A DNA stretch of 64,000 nt from Candidatus Omnitrophota bacterium. GTDB lineage: Bacteria > Omnitrophota > Gorgyraeia > Velamenicoccales > Velamenicoccaceae. A model generated the notes under the pieces. That model saw only the letters and a program-made list of their open reading frames with translations, had not been told where the DNA came from and searched no databases. Shown in pieces: positions 1-8,590 of the stretch (position 1 is its first letter; every line of letters starts with the position of its first letter). Position numbers and translations under genes: made by a program. The stretch is taken from NCBI GenBank assembly GCA_003451585.1, contig DMEU01000011.1, positions 29,493 to 93,492 of the forward strand. Reading direction: 5' to 3'.

Positions 1-260
1 ATACCGATGTATGGGCCAGCATGGGACAGGAGCGGGAGGCTGCCAAACGCGCGAAGATATTTAAGAAGTACCAGATAAACAAGGAGCTGATGGGGCTTGC
101 TAAAAATAATGCGTTAGTCATGCATTGCCTCCCCGCGCATCGCGGCGCAGAGATCACTGATGATTGTTTGGACAGCCCTAATTCCGTAGTTTTTGACGAG
201 GCAGAAAATAGATTACACGTGCAGAAGGCGATAATGCTTAAATTAGCGGAAGGAAGATAG
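1..260 (+). CDS. argF: ornithine carbamoyltransferase, C-terminal fragment (5' end lies outside the window)
   Basis: The frame is open to the window edge. It carries the [10 protein letters not shown] carbamoyltransferase C-terminal motif and is followed by argG and argH. Confidence 0.85.
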   Translation, partial: TDVWASMGQEREAAKRAKIFKKYQINKELMGLAKNNALVMHCLPAHRGAEITDDCLDSPNSVVFDEAENRLHVQKAIMLKLAEGR

Positions 261-265
261 GAGAA

Positions 266-411
266 ATGAAGAATCCTAAACTCGAAACCCTAGATCCTAA
301 ACAAATCCAAATATCAAAATTCCAATGTTCTAAAACAGATAAGTTTAGAATTTTGTATTTCAGGAATTTCGAGTTTGTTTAGAGTTTAGGATCTCGAGTT
401 TAGAGTTTAAC
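266..411. repeat. ~145-bp imperfect-palindrome intergenic element, copy 1 of 3
   Basis: Near-identical to 8429-8573 and 57282-57426. The arms are built of 7-nt units (tcctaaa/ctcgaaa ... cgagttt/agagttt) and are mutually complementary. Confidence 0.9.
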
Positions 412-423
412 ATGGGAGACATA

Positions 424-1593
424 ATGAAAAAGGTGGTATTAGCATATTCCGGCGGTTTAGATACATCCTGCGCTATTAAATGGCTGGAAGGTAGAGGATG
501 GGAAGTTATCGCCTATATCGGAGATGTTGGCCAGGGCGAAGATTTTGCCGCAATAGAGAAACGGGCCCTGTCTACCGGCGCCAGTAAAGTTTATGTGGGA
601 GACCTCAAGAAAGAGTTTATCGATGATTTTATCCTCCCCACTCTGCACGCCAATGCTTCTTACGAAGGTAAATACCTGTTGGCAACTGCCTTGACGCGCC
701 CTTTGATATCTAAACACTTAGTTGAGGTGGCGCACCGTGAAAAGGCAGGCGCAATAGCCCATGGCTGTACCGGCAAGGGCAATGACCAGGTGCGGTTTGA
801 AGTGACGGCCCGCATACTTGACCCGAAACTCGAAATTGTTGCCCCTGTAAGGGAGTGGGAGTTTAAATCCAGGGAAGAAGAGATAGATTATGCTAAAAGG
901 CTCAACATCCCGTTGAATGTTACCAAGAAGAAGGTCTATAGTATCGATAAGAACCTTTGGGGCATAAGTATCGAATGTGGGGTATTGGAAGATCCGTATG
1001 CGGAGCCTCCAAAGGATGCTTATCAGATGACCGTTTCTCCTGAGGATGCCCCGAACAAGCCGGCATATATTGAGATCGATTTTGAGAGCGGGATCCCCGT
1101 CAAGATCGACGGAAAAAAATACGGGTTAGAAGATCTTATAGAAAGATTGAACAAGGTGGCAGGAAAAAACGCCGTCGGCCGGGTGGATATGGTCGAGAAC
1201 CGGCTTGTGGGAATAAAGTCCAGGGAGATATATGAATTCCCTGCCGCAACCTGCCTTTATGCCGCGCACAGAGACCTGGAGTCGCTCGTTTTAGACAGGG
1301 AGCTACTGCATTTTAAGCAGTCTTTGGAATATAAATATGCCGAGCTCGTCTATTACGGCCTCTGGTATTCACAGCTCAAGAGGTCTCTAGATGCTTTAAT
1401 CGCAGACACGCAGAAGAATGTAACAGGTTCGGTAAGGTTGAAGCTTTATAAGGGGAGTTGTGCGGTTGTCGGGAGAAGGTCCCCTAAATCCTTATATAAG
1501 GAAGAGCTGGCGACCTATACTGAAAAGGATAAATTCGACCAAAAACTTGCCGAAGGATTCATAAGGCTTTGGGGATTGCCATTTCAGAAGTAA
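424..1593 (+). CDS. argG: argininosuccinate synthase
   Basis: AYSGGLDTS N-terminal ATP-binding motif and full-length similarity to ArgG. I prefer the ATG at 424 (GGGAG 6 nt upstream) over 412, which lies in the repeat tail. Confidence 0.93.
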   Translation: MKKVVLAYSGGLDTSCAIKWLEGRGWEVIAYIGDVGQGEDFAAIEKRALSTGASKVYVGDLKKEFIDDFILPTLHANASYEGKYLLATALTRPLISKHLVEVAHREKAGAIAHGCTGKGNDQVRFEVTARILDPKLEIVAPVREWEFKSREEEIDYAKRLNIPLNVTKKKVYSIDKNLWGISIECGVLEDPYAEPPKDAYQMTVSPEDAPNKPAYIEIDFESGIPVKIDGKKYGLEDLIERLNKVAGKNAVGRVDMVENRLVGIKSREIYEFPAATCLYAAHRDLESLVLDRELLHFKQSLEYKYAELVYYGLWYSQLKRSLDALIADTQKNVTGSVRLKLYKGSCAVVGRRSPKSLYKEELATYTEKDKFDQKLAEGFIRLWGLPFQK

Positions 1594-1594
1594 T

Positions 1595-1623
1595 AAAAAA
1601 TTAAAAATGAAGAATTAAGAATT
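1595..1623. repeat. half-copy of the AATGAAGAAT 7-nt-unit element
   Basis: The 20-nt string aaaaattaaaaatgaagaat is identical to 7891-7910. No complementary arm is present here. Confidence 0.6.
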
Positions 1624-1632
1624 GGGGTCAAA

Positions 1633-2991
1633 ATGGCTAAGAAATTATGGGGTGGAAGGTTTACGGCAAAGATGAATCCGCTTTTTGAGAAGTTCAGTTC
1701 GTCTATCGAAACAGACTGGCGCTTGGCTGAGTGCGATCTGATAGGTTCATATCTGCATATCTATGTGCTTTATGGCGCAAAATTGATCTCAAAGGCAGAG
1801 TTTCTGGCGCTAAAAAAAGGTATAAAAAGCCTGCTTTCGGATGCTCAAAAAGGAGCGCTTAGGCCTGATCCTGCTTGTGAAGATGTGCATTCCTGTATCC
1901 AGAATATGCTCGAAAAGAAGGTTGGTAAGGCAGTCGAGAAATTACAGACCGCCCGTTCAAGGAACGACCAGGTGGCTTTTGATACGCGTTTTTATTGCCT
2001 TGAAGAATCCATGGGCTTGCACCACGCGATCTTCGAGCTCAACAAGAGCTTAAAGGCCTTGGCTGGCCGGTACGCTAGCCTTATAATTCCTGGCTATACA
2101 CATCTTCAGCATGCTCAGCCGGTTTATTTTAAGGATTATTTAGGTGCATATGAGGCGATGTTTGTCGAAGACGCAGCCCGCTTAGAGTGTTTTGCCGGCA
2201 GGCTTGAGATAACTTTAGGTTCCGGCGCTCTTGCAGGTACGCCTATACCGGCACTCGTCTATAAGACGCAGATCAAAAAGGCCTTAAAAGAATTAGGCTT
2301 AGTTGATCCGATCTATGAGGTGTTGCCACCGAAGAACAGCCTGGTCGTGGTCAGTGACCGGGATTTTGTGGTTGAGCTTTTATCGATCCTGGCTATTTTC
2401 GGCATGCACGTCTCAAGATTGTGTGAAGACCTTATCCTATGGTCTTCTAAGGAATTCGATTTCATCGAATTAGGCGATGAATTCTGCACCGGCAGTTCTT
2501 TGATGCCGCAGAAGAAGAACCCCGATGCCTTGGAACTTATGCGCGGCGCCTCCGGCATCCTCTACGGCGACCTTATGTCCGTTTTGACCACGATGAAGGG
2601 GCTTCCATTGTCCTATAATCGCGATATGCAGTGGGATAAACAGCCGCTCTTTGCGTCTTTGGATATCGTTCGGTTTGAAACATATATCCTGACGCAGTTG
2701 GTGCCGGCTATAAAAATGAAAAAGCTTAGTATTGACAGGCAATTAGAGGATGAATCGTTGTATGCCACGGATCTTGCGGATTACCTTGTTTCAAAGGGAG
2801 AGACGTTCAGGTCCGCCCATGAAAGCATCGGCAGGCTTGTGAGGTATTCGATATCATATAACAAGGCCATAAAAGATATGTCAGATGCCGAATTAAAACA
2901 GTTTTCAAGGCATTTCGGCAAAGAGGAAGTCCTGAAAAGACTGGATCCTAAATCGTCGGTTTATTTTAAAAAGTCGGTTGTTCGAAAATAA
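1633..2991 (+). CDS. argH: argininosuccinate lyase
   Basis: Fumarate-lyase family signature GSSLMPQKKNP. The size and the argG neighbour fit ArgH. Confidence 0.93.
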   Translation: MAKKLWGGRFTAKMNPLFEKFSSSIETDWRLAECDLIGSYLHIYVLYGAKLISKAEFLALKKGIKSLLSDAQKGALRPDPACEDVHSCIQNMLEKKVGKAVEKLQTARSRNDQVAFDTRFYCLEESMGLHHAIFELNKSLKALAGRYASLIIPGYTHLQHAQPVYFKDYLGAYEAMFVEDAARLECFAGRLEITLGSGALAGTPIPALVYKTQIKKALKELGLVDPIYEVLPPKNSLVVVSDRDFVVELLSILAIFGMHVSRLCEDLILWSSKEFDFIELGDEFCTGSSLMPQKKNPDALELMRGASGILYGDLMSVLTTMKGLPLSYNRDMQWDKQPLFASLDIVRFETYILTQLVPAIKMKKLSIDRQLEDESLYATDLADYLVSKGETFRSAHESIGRLVRYSISYNKAIKDMSDAELKQFSRHFGKEEVLKRLDPKSSVYFKKSVVRK

Positions 2992-2993
2992 TT

Positions 2994-4262
2994 ATGCACG
3001 ATTTTAATTATAACGGGAAAGAGCTTTACTGCGAGAAGGTCCCGGTCGGGAAGTTGGCCGCTAAATTCGGCACGCCGCTTTATGTATACAGCCATAAGAC
3101 ACTCGTAGGCCATTTTTTAAAACTCAAAAAAGCCTTCAGCGATATCCGTCCGTTAATCTGCTTCTCCGTTAAATCCAATTCTAACCTGTCTATTTTAAAG
3201 GCCCTGCTGGAGCGCGGCGCAGGGCTTGATATAGTTTCCGGAGGTGAATTGTATCGCGCCAAAAAGATTGGGGCGGACGCAGGAAAAATAGTATATGCCA
3301 GCGTAGGCAAGACAAAAGAAGAGATCAGGGATGCTATTAGAGCCGGCATCTTCTTGTTCAATGTGGAGTCTTTACAGGAGCTGGCGCTTATCAGCGAGGT
3401 AGCAACTGTTTTAAAAAAAGAAGCGCGCGTATGCATTCGTATTAATCCTAATATCGACCCACACACACACCGTTATATCACAACAGGCACGGTTGACAGT
3501 AAGTTCGGTGTTGATCTTGATACCGCGCGCATCATCTTTTTGAACAGGGAGAATTTTAAAAATATCAAATTTGCCGGTTTGCATGTCCACATAGGTTCTC
3601 AGATAACGCAGGTGGCCCCGTTTTTGGCAGCTTTAAAGAGGATATCTTTGTTTATCGATGGATTAAGGAAGATGGGCGTGCCTTTGGAATGGCTAAATAT
3701 CGGAGGCGGCCTGGGGATCATATATAATCAGGAGAGGCCCCAGACAGCGGAAGGATTTGCCGCAAAGGTAGTGCCTATTCTAAAGAAAATAGGCTTAAAG
3801 GTGATTTTGGAACCTGGCCGTTTTATCGTAGGGAATGCCGGTATCCTGGTCGCGAGCGTTATTTATGTTAAAGACACGTTGGCCAAGAGATTTGTTGTGG
3901 TGGACGCCGGCATGAATGACCTGATCCGGCCTGCACTTTATGACGCCTATCATGAGATATTGCCGTTGGTAAAGACAGAGGACAAAGGGCGGAAGTCAGA
4001 GGACAGAAAAAAAACAGATATCGTAGGGCCGATATGCGAGAGCGGTGATTTTCTGGCCAAGGGGAGGGACCTGCCGCTTTTTGGGCCCGGAGACTTATTG
4101 GCTGTCATGGGCGCAGGCGCTTATGGATTTTCCATGTCGTCTAATTATAACAGCCGAAGGCGTGCAGCCGAAGTATTGGTCAAAGGGGATAAATTTTATC
4201 TTATTCGAGGGCGCGAAAGTTTTGATGATCTGGTGCGCCTGGAGAAGGCCATAAGGTTATGA
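2994..4262 (+). CDS. lysA: diaminopimelate decarboxylase
   Basis: PLP-dependent Orn/DAP/Arg decarboxylase family with the VGPICESGD motif. It sits in a dap operon. Confidence 0.92.
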   Translation: MHDFNYNGKELYCEKVPVGKLAAKFGTPLYVYSHKTLVGHFLKLKKAFSDIRPLICFSVKSNSNLSILKALLERGAGLDIVSGGELYRAKKIGADAGKIVYASVGKTKEEIRDAIRAGIFLFNVESLQELALISEVATVLKKEARVCIRINPNIDPHTHRYITTGTVDSKFGVDLDTARIIFLNRENFKNIKFAGLHVHIGSQITQVAPFLAALKRISLFIDGLRKMGVPLEWLNIGGGLGIIYNQERPQTAEGFAAKVVPILKKIGLKVILEPGRFIVGNAGILVASVIYVKDTLAKRFVVVDAGMNDLIRPALYDAYHEILPLVKTEDKGRKSEDRKKTDIVGPICESGDFLAKGRDLPLFGPGDLLAVMGAGAYGFSMSSNYNSRRRAAEVLVKGDKFYLIRGRESFDDLVRLEKAIRL

Positions 4263-5095
4263 AGAGCATTAAATTTACCAAAATGCAGGGTTCCGGGAAT
4301 GACTTCGTAGTGATCGAGGGCCGCCAGCCACCAGGGTCCGCCAGCCACCGGTCACAAATAAGAAAGATTTGTGACCGTATTTACGGCATAGGCGCTGACG
4401 GCGTACTTTTGCTTGAGAGATCAAAAAAGGCTTATATAAAGATGAGGATCTTTAATGCCGACGGCTCAGAGGCAGAGATGTGCGGTAACGGCGCGCGGTG
4501 CGCTGCGCTTTATATAAGCCAAAAGGCAGGAGGTATGAGCCATAAGATAAGGCTTGAAACAAAAGCTGGGATGATCGAGGCGGAAGTAAAGGGCGACAAA
4601 GTAAAGATCAAACTCACTGATCCCATTGATCTAAAACTTGACCTGCACGTTAACGTTGGCGGGAAAGACTATGAGATAGATTATTTGAATACAGGCGTCC
4701 CTCATGCGGTCATCGAGGTCGATGATTTAGGTGATCTGCCTGTAGGGCGGCTGGGTCATGCCATCCGCCACCATGAGGTCTTTAGGCCCGCAGGGACAAA
4801 TGTTGATTTTATAAAGATAGTCGATAAGGGCCATATATCGGTCAGGACCTATGAGCGCGGGGTCGAAGATGAAACTTTGGCCTGCGGCACGGGTTCTGTT
4901 GCCTCGGCCATCATAGCTGTCTTAAATTCCTGCGGTGAATCTCCTGGGCATTTGGGCCGAACGCACAAGGTGTGCGTCAAGACCAGGAGCGCAGAGAAGC
5001 TTACGGTATATTTCAAGGCATTAAAAAAGAAGATAACGGATGTTTGGCTCGAGGGAAAGGCAAAGATCGTTTACAGGGGGGATTATTATGTTTAA
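4259..5095 (+). CDS. dapF: diaminopimelate epimerase
   Basis: KMQGSGNDFVV N-terminus plus the two catalytic Cys contexts (MCGNGARC, ACGTGS). It has a 4-nt overlap with lysA. Confidence 0.92.
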   Translation: MKSIKFTKMQGSGNDFVVIEGRQPPGSASHRSQIRKICDRIYGIGADGVLLLERSKKAYIKMRIFNADGSEAEMCGNGARCAALYISQKAGGMSHKIRLETKAGMIEAEVKGDKVKIKLTDPIDLKLDLHVNVGGKDYEIDYLNTGVPHAVIEVDDLGDLPVGRLGHAIRHHEVFRPAGTNVDFIKIVDKGHISVRTYERGVEDETLACGTGSVASAIIAVLNSCGESPGHLGRTHKVCVKTRSAEKLTVYFKALKKKITDVWLEGKAKIVYRGDYYV

Positions 5096-5966
5096 GGGGT
5101 CGATCGTTGCGCTTGTCACGCCGTTTTCCAGAAAAGGCGGAGTGGATGAGGCTGCGTTGAAGAGACTTGTAGAATTCCATGTAAAAAACGGGACAGACGG
5201 GATAGTCCCTTGCGGCACAACGGGCGAATCCGCCACGCTTAATTATGAGGAGCATGAGCGTGTGATCGAGATCTGCGTTAAGGTTTCAAAAAAGAGAATA
5301 CCTGTCATTGCAGGCACAGGTTCTAATTCTACGCAGGAAGCCATTGACATGAGCCTGTTTGCTAAAAGGGTGGGTGCAGACGGCCTGCTTTTGGTCTCTC
5401 CCTATTACAACAAACCCACGCAGAAAGGCCTATATCTGCATTTTAAGGCTGTAGCAGATAGCGTGGGGCTGCCGGTCGTACTCTACAATATAGCCTCACG
5501 CACAGGTGTTAATATCGAGCCTGAAACAGTGTGCAGGCTTTCGCAGGATTGTAATAATATCGTGGGTATCAAGGAAGCGAGCGGTTCGTTAGAGCAGATG
5601 TCGCGCATTATCGCTTTATGCGGTAAAAAGCTGACCATGCTTTCAGGTGATGATTCGTTGACGCTGCCTTTGATGGCCATAGGAGGCGAAGGTATAATCT
5701 CGGTTGTAGCTAACATCATACCGAAAGATGTAAAGGCGCTCGTTTCCGCTTTTAAACGCGGTGATATAGCGCAGGCGCGCCGGCTGCATTACAAAATGCT
5801 GCCGTTAATAAAAGCTATGTTTATTGAGACGAACCCGATACCTGTTAAGACGGCTATGGGGCAGATGAAGTTGTGCGAGCCCTCTTTGAGGCTCCCAATG
5901 TGCGAAATGATGCCGGAGAACCTTGCTAAATTAAAGAAGGCGTTGAAAGAATATGGGCTTATCTAA
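5088..5966 (+). CDS. dapA: 4-hydroxy-tetrahydrodipicolinate synthase
   Basis: MFKGSIVALVTPF start and GTTGES motif. The in-frame ATG at 5088 gives a canonical N-terminus; the tracked ORF start at 5040 would lie deep inside dapF. Confidence 0.92.
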   Translation: MFKGSIVALVTPFSRKGGVDEAALKRLVEFHVKNGTDGIVPCGTTGESATLNYEEHERVIEICVKVSKKRIPVIAGTGSNSTQEAIDMSLFAKRVGADGLLLVSPYYNKPTQKGLYLHFKAVADSVGLPVVLYNIASRTGVNIEPETVCRLSQDCNNIVGIKEASGSLEQMSRIIALCGKKLTMLSGDDSLTLPLMAIGGEGIISVVANIIPKDVKALVSAFKRGDIAQARRLHYKMLPLIKAMFIETNPIPVKTAMGQMKLCEPSLRLPMCEMMPENLAKLKKALKEYGLI

Positions 5967-6690
5967 AATTAAACTTGGCGTGAGCGGAGCGTTTGGAAAG
6001 ATGGGGGCTAGGATCCTTGCCTTGGCATCTTGCGATGCTGATTTTGCGATCGCGCTCGCTTTGGAACGGCTGGGACATCCGCAGTTGGGCGAAAAGGTAT
6101 TCGGTGTGGATGTGGCATCTGATCGGTCTATGATAAAGGATGCGGACTGCCTGGTCGATTTTTCTTCCCCGGAAGCGACGCTTGAGAATTTATCATTTGC
6201 CGCGCGTTTTAAAAAGGCCATGGTCATAGGGACCACCGGCTTTACAGACGGGCAGAAAAAAATGATCGGTGCTTTTGCTAAAAAAATACCGGTTGTGCTT
6301 TCTCCTAATATGTCTATAGGCGTAAACGTCCTTTTTGAATTAGTGCGCCAGGCTGCGCGTTCGCTCCCTGTGGAGTATAAGGCCTATATCGTCGAATCGC
6401 ACCACGTCCATAAAAAAGACGCGCCTTCGGGGACGGCCAAGTTCCTTGCTGGGATAGTCAAAGAAGAGCGCGGGGTCGAGTGTGCGGATGTAAAGTCCAT
6501 TCGAAAGGGAGAGATAATCGGCGACCATGATGTTATATTTGAGTGCCCTTCGGATACTATCGTCCTGCGGCATAATGCGAAGACGCGCGATATTTTCGCT
6601 CAAGGCGCATTGCAGGCTGCGAAGTTCGTCGTGAAAAAAAAGAGGGGCCTTTTTGGTATGGCCGATGTTTTAAAAGGGTTAAAAAAATAG
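5953..6690 (+). CDS. dapB: 4-hydroxy-tetrahydrodipicolinate reductase
   Basis: N-terminal GxxGxMG Rossmann motif and ESHHxHKKDAPSGTA catalytic motif. Confidence 0.9.
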   Translation: MGLSKIKLGVSGAFGKMGARILALASCDADFAIALALERLGHPQLGEKVFGVDVASDRSMIKDADCLVDFSSPEATLENLSFAARFKKAMVIGTTGFTDGQKKMIGAFAKKIPVVLSPNMSIGVNVLFELVRQAARSLPVEYKAYIVESHHVHKKDAPSGTAKFLAGIVKEERGVECADVKSIRKGEIIGDHDVIFECPSDTIVLRHNAKTRDIFAQGALQAAKFVVKKKRGLFGMADVLKGLKK

Positions 6691-6699
6691 GAAGGGACC

Positions 6700-7878
6700 A
6701 TGAACATAACAGTATCCAAAAAATTAGAGAGCCTGCCGCCTTACTTATTCGCCCAGATAGATGCGGCAAAGAGGAAGGCAAGGCTTGAAGGCAGGAATAT
6801 CATCGATCTCGGCGTAGGTGACCCGGATATACCGACGCCTGCCTTTATAATCGAAAAACTTTATGAGGCGGCGCGTGACCCTAAGAATCACCGTTATGCC
6901 TTGGATCAGGGCATGCCTGAATTAAGGGATGCGATAGCCGAATGGTATAAAAAAAGATTCAATGTGGATTTAAACCCGGATAGAGAAGTCCTTCCCTTAA
7001 TCGGGTCAAAAGAAGGCATAGCCCATATTCCGGTAGCCTTTCTTGACAGGGGAGATTCAGTGCTGGTCCCTGACCCGGGTTATCCCCCGTACAGGAATGC
7101 TACCATTTTGGCGGACGGTAAACCGCAGGCCATGCCACTGAAGAATTCCGGCGGGTTTTTGCCGGATATAGACGGCATATCTCCCAAGATAGCTGAAAAA
7201 ACAAAGCTTATGTTCTTGAATTACCCGAATAATCCAACCTCTGCTACGGCTGACAGGCCGTTTTACGAAAAAGTTGTTGGGTTTGCAAAACAATATAATA
7301 TTATTGTATGTCATGATGCGGCTTATTCCGAGGTTGCATTTGACGGCTATAGGCCTATGAGTTTTCTGGAAGTGTCCGGCGCAAAAGAGGTAGGGGTGGA
7401 GTTCCATTCTTTGTCTAAGACTTTTAATATGACAGGCTGGCGGATCGGTTGGGTGTGCGGTAATGAGCAGGCCGTGGCCGCGCTTGCAAAAGTGAAGTCA
7501 AATATCGACTCCGGGATCTTTCAGGCAATACAGGTGGCTGGGATCGCGGCTTTGAAAGACGGGGCCTCCGCGGTGGAAGACAATAATAAGGTTTATGCAG
7601 AGAGGATCCAGGTTTTTACAGACGGCCTTAAAAATTTAGGATGGAAGGTGGATAAGCCCAAGGCCACGTTCTATGTATGGGCCAAGATACCAAAGAAGGC
7701 GAAATCTTCGCTTGAATTCTCGCAGATCTTGTTGGAGCGCGCGAATATCGTAGCTACGCCAGGTATTGGATTTGGAAAATACGGCGAAGGTTACGTCCGC
7801 TTTGCCATGACCGTAAATAAAGAGATGTTGAAAGAAGCCGTCGATAGGATGAAAGTGTATCTGATAGATCAGTTTTAA
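6700..7878 (+). CDS. dapL: LL-diaminopimelate aminotransferase (class I/II aminotransferase)
   Basis: PLP aminotransferase with an SKTFNMTGWR lysine motif and the LPPYLFAQID N-terminus typical of DapL. Its position after dapA-dapB, with no dapD/C/E present, supports the call. Confidence 0.75.
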   Translation: MNITVSKKLESLPPYLFAQIDAAKRKARLEGRNIIDLGVGDPDIPTPAFIIEKLYEAARDPKNHRYALDQGMPELRDAIAEWYKKRFNVDLNPDREVLPLIGSKEGIAHIPVAFLDRGDSVLVPDPGYPPYRNATILADGKPQAMPLKNSGGFLPDIDGISPKIAEKTKLMFLNYPNNPTSATADRPFYEKVVGFAKQYNIIVCHDAAYSEVAFDGYRPMSFLEVSGAKEVGVEFHSLSKTFNMTGWRIGWVCGNEQAVAALAKVKSNIDSGIFQAIQVAGIAALKDGASAVEDNNKVYAERIQVFTDGLKNLGWKVDKPKATFYVWAKIPKKAKSSLEFSQILLERANIVATPGIGFGKYGEGYVRFAMTVNKEMLKEAVDRMKVYLIDQF

Positions 7879-7882
7879 CGGG

Positions 7883-7962
7883 CAAGAATTAAAAATTAAA
7901 AATGAAGAATGAACAAAAGTTTTTAAAAATTCTTAATTCTTAATTTTTCATTCTTAATTTAT
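7883..7962. repeat. AT-rich hairpin built of 7-nt units (aagaatt/aaaaatt/aaaaatg/aagaatg ... aaattct/taattct/taatttt/tcattct)
   Basis: Imperfect inverted repeat between dapL and folK. It shares a 20-nt string with 1596-1615. Confidence 0.7.
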
Positions 7963-7964
7963 TT

Positions 7965-8432
7965 ATGGTTTGTTATATCGGGATAGGTTCAAATATCGGA
8001 AATAGATTTGCCTATATCAGAGAGGCCCTGGGCCTGTTAGAGGGAAAAAGGGCGATCCTTATCAAAAAGATCTCTGATATCTATGAGACAAAGCCGGAAG
8101 GCGGGCCGGGCGGACAGAGGAATTATTTGAACTTGGCAGTAAAACTTGAAACCGGGTTGCGGCCGCTTGAGTTGCTAAGTGAATTAAGGGATATCGAGAG
8201 AAGATGCGGGCGTAAGGCGCGTGCGGCACGCTGGGCGGCAAGAGAAATAGACTTAGACGTACTTTTTTATGGTTCCAGGCTTATAGATGAAAAGATGCTG
8301 AAAGTGCCGCATCCGTTGATGCATAAACGATCTTTTGTGTTGAGGCCGTTATCTGATATCGCGCCAGGGTTTATGCATCCGGTCCTGAAAAAAAGCATAA
8401 AGGTTTTATTAGGGGCTTTAACAGTAAAATGA
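7965..8432 (+). CDS. folK: 2-amino-4-hydroxy-6-hydroxymethyldihydropteridine diphosphokinase (HPPK)
   Basis: IGIGSNIGNR N-terminus, IDLDVLFYG and PHP motifs, and ~155 aa length. Confidence 0.85.
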   Translation: MVCYIGIGSNIGNRFAYIREALGLLEGKRAILIKKISDIYETKPEGGPGGQRNYLNLAVKLETGLRPLELLSELRDIERRCGRKARAARWAAREIDLDVLFYGSRLIDEKMLKVPHPLMHKRSFVLRPLSDIAPGFMHPVLKKSIKVLLGALTVK

Positions 8433-8573
8433 AAAATCCTAAATCCGAAACCCTAAATCCTAAACAAATCCAAATATCAAAATTCCAATGTTCTAAAACA
8501 GATAAGTTTGGAATTTTGTATTTCAGGAATTTCGAGTTTGTTTAGAGTTTAGGATTTCGAGTTTAGAGTTTAA
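8429..8573. repeat. ~145-bp palindromic element, copy 2 of 3
   Basis: Aligns end to end with 266-411 and 57282-57426. Confidence 0.9.
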
Positions 8574-8590
8574 ATAAAGGACAGCTTTAA

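Noticed and set aside
266-382. Short ORF MKNPKLETLDPKQIQISKFQCSKTDKF... starting at the ATG of each 145-bp repeat copy
   Set aside because: Copy 3 has an in-frame TAA after 22 codons while the nucleotide palindrome is preserved. There is no Shine-Dalgarno sequence, and conservation follows the arm pairing rather than the codons. I treat it as a structural repeat, not a gene.
3975-4012. Low-complexity cagaggaca repeat in lysA (EDKGRKSEDRKK) as another in-frame element insertion
   Set aside because: This is only two loose repeats. The loop before the DIVGPICESGD motif is naturally variable in length among LysA proteins, and there are no flanking direct repeats.
5040-5087. Upstream ORF extensions in the six-frame track (5040, 22745, 34763, 41720, 42481, 52868, 14451, 39340)
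   Set aside because: Each extension overlaps the preceding gene or a hairpin. Each is followed by an in-frame start that yields a canonical N-terminus (signal peptide, prepilin leader or conserved family start), usually with a Shine-Dalgarno sequence.
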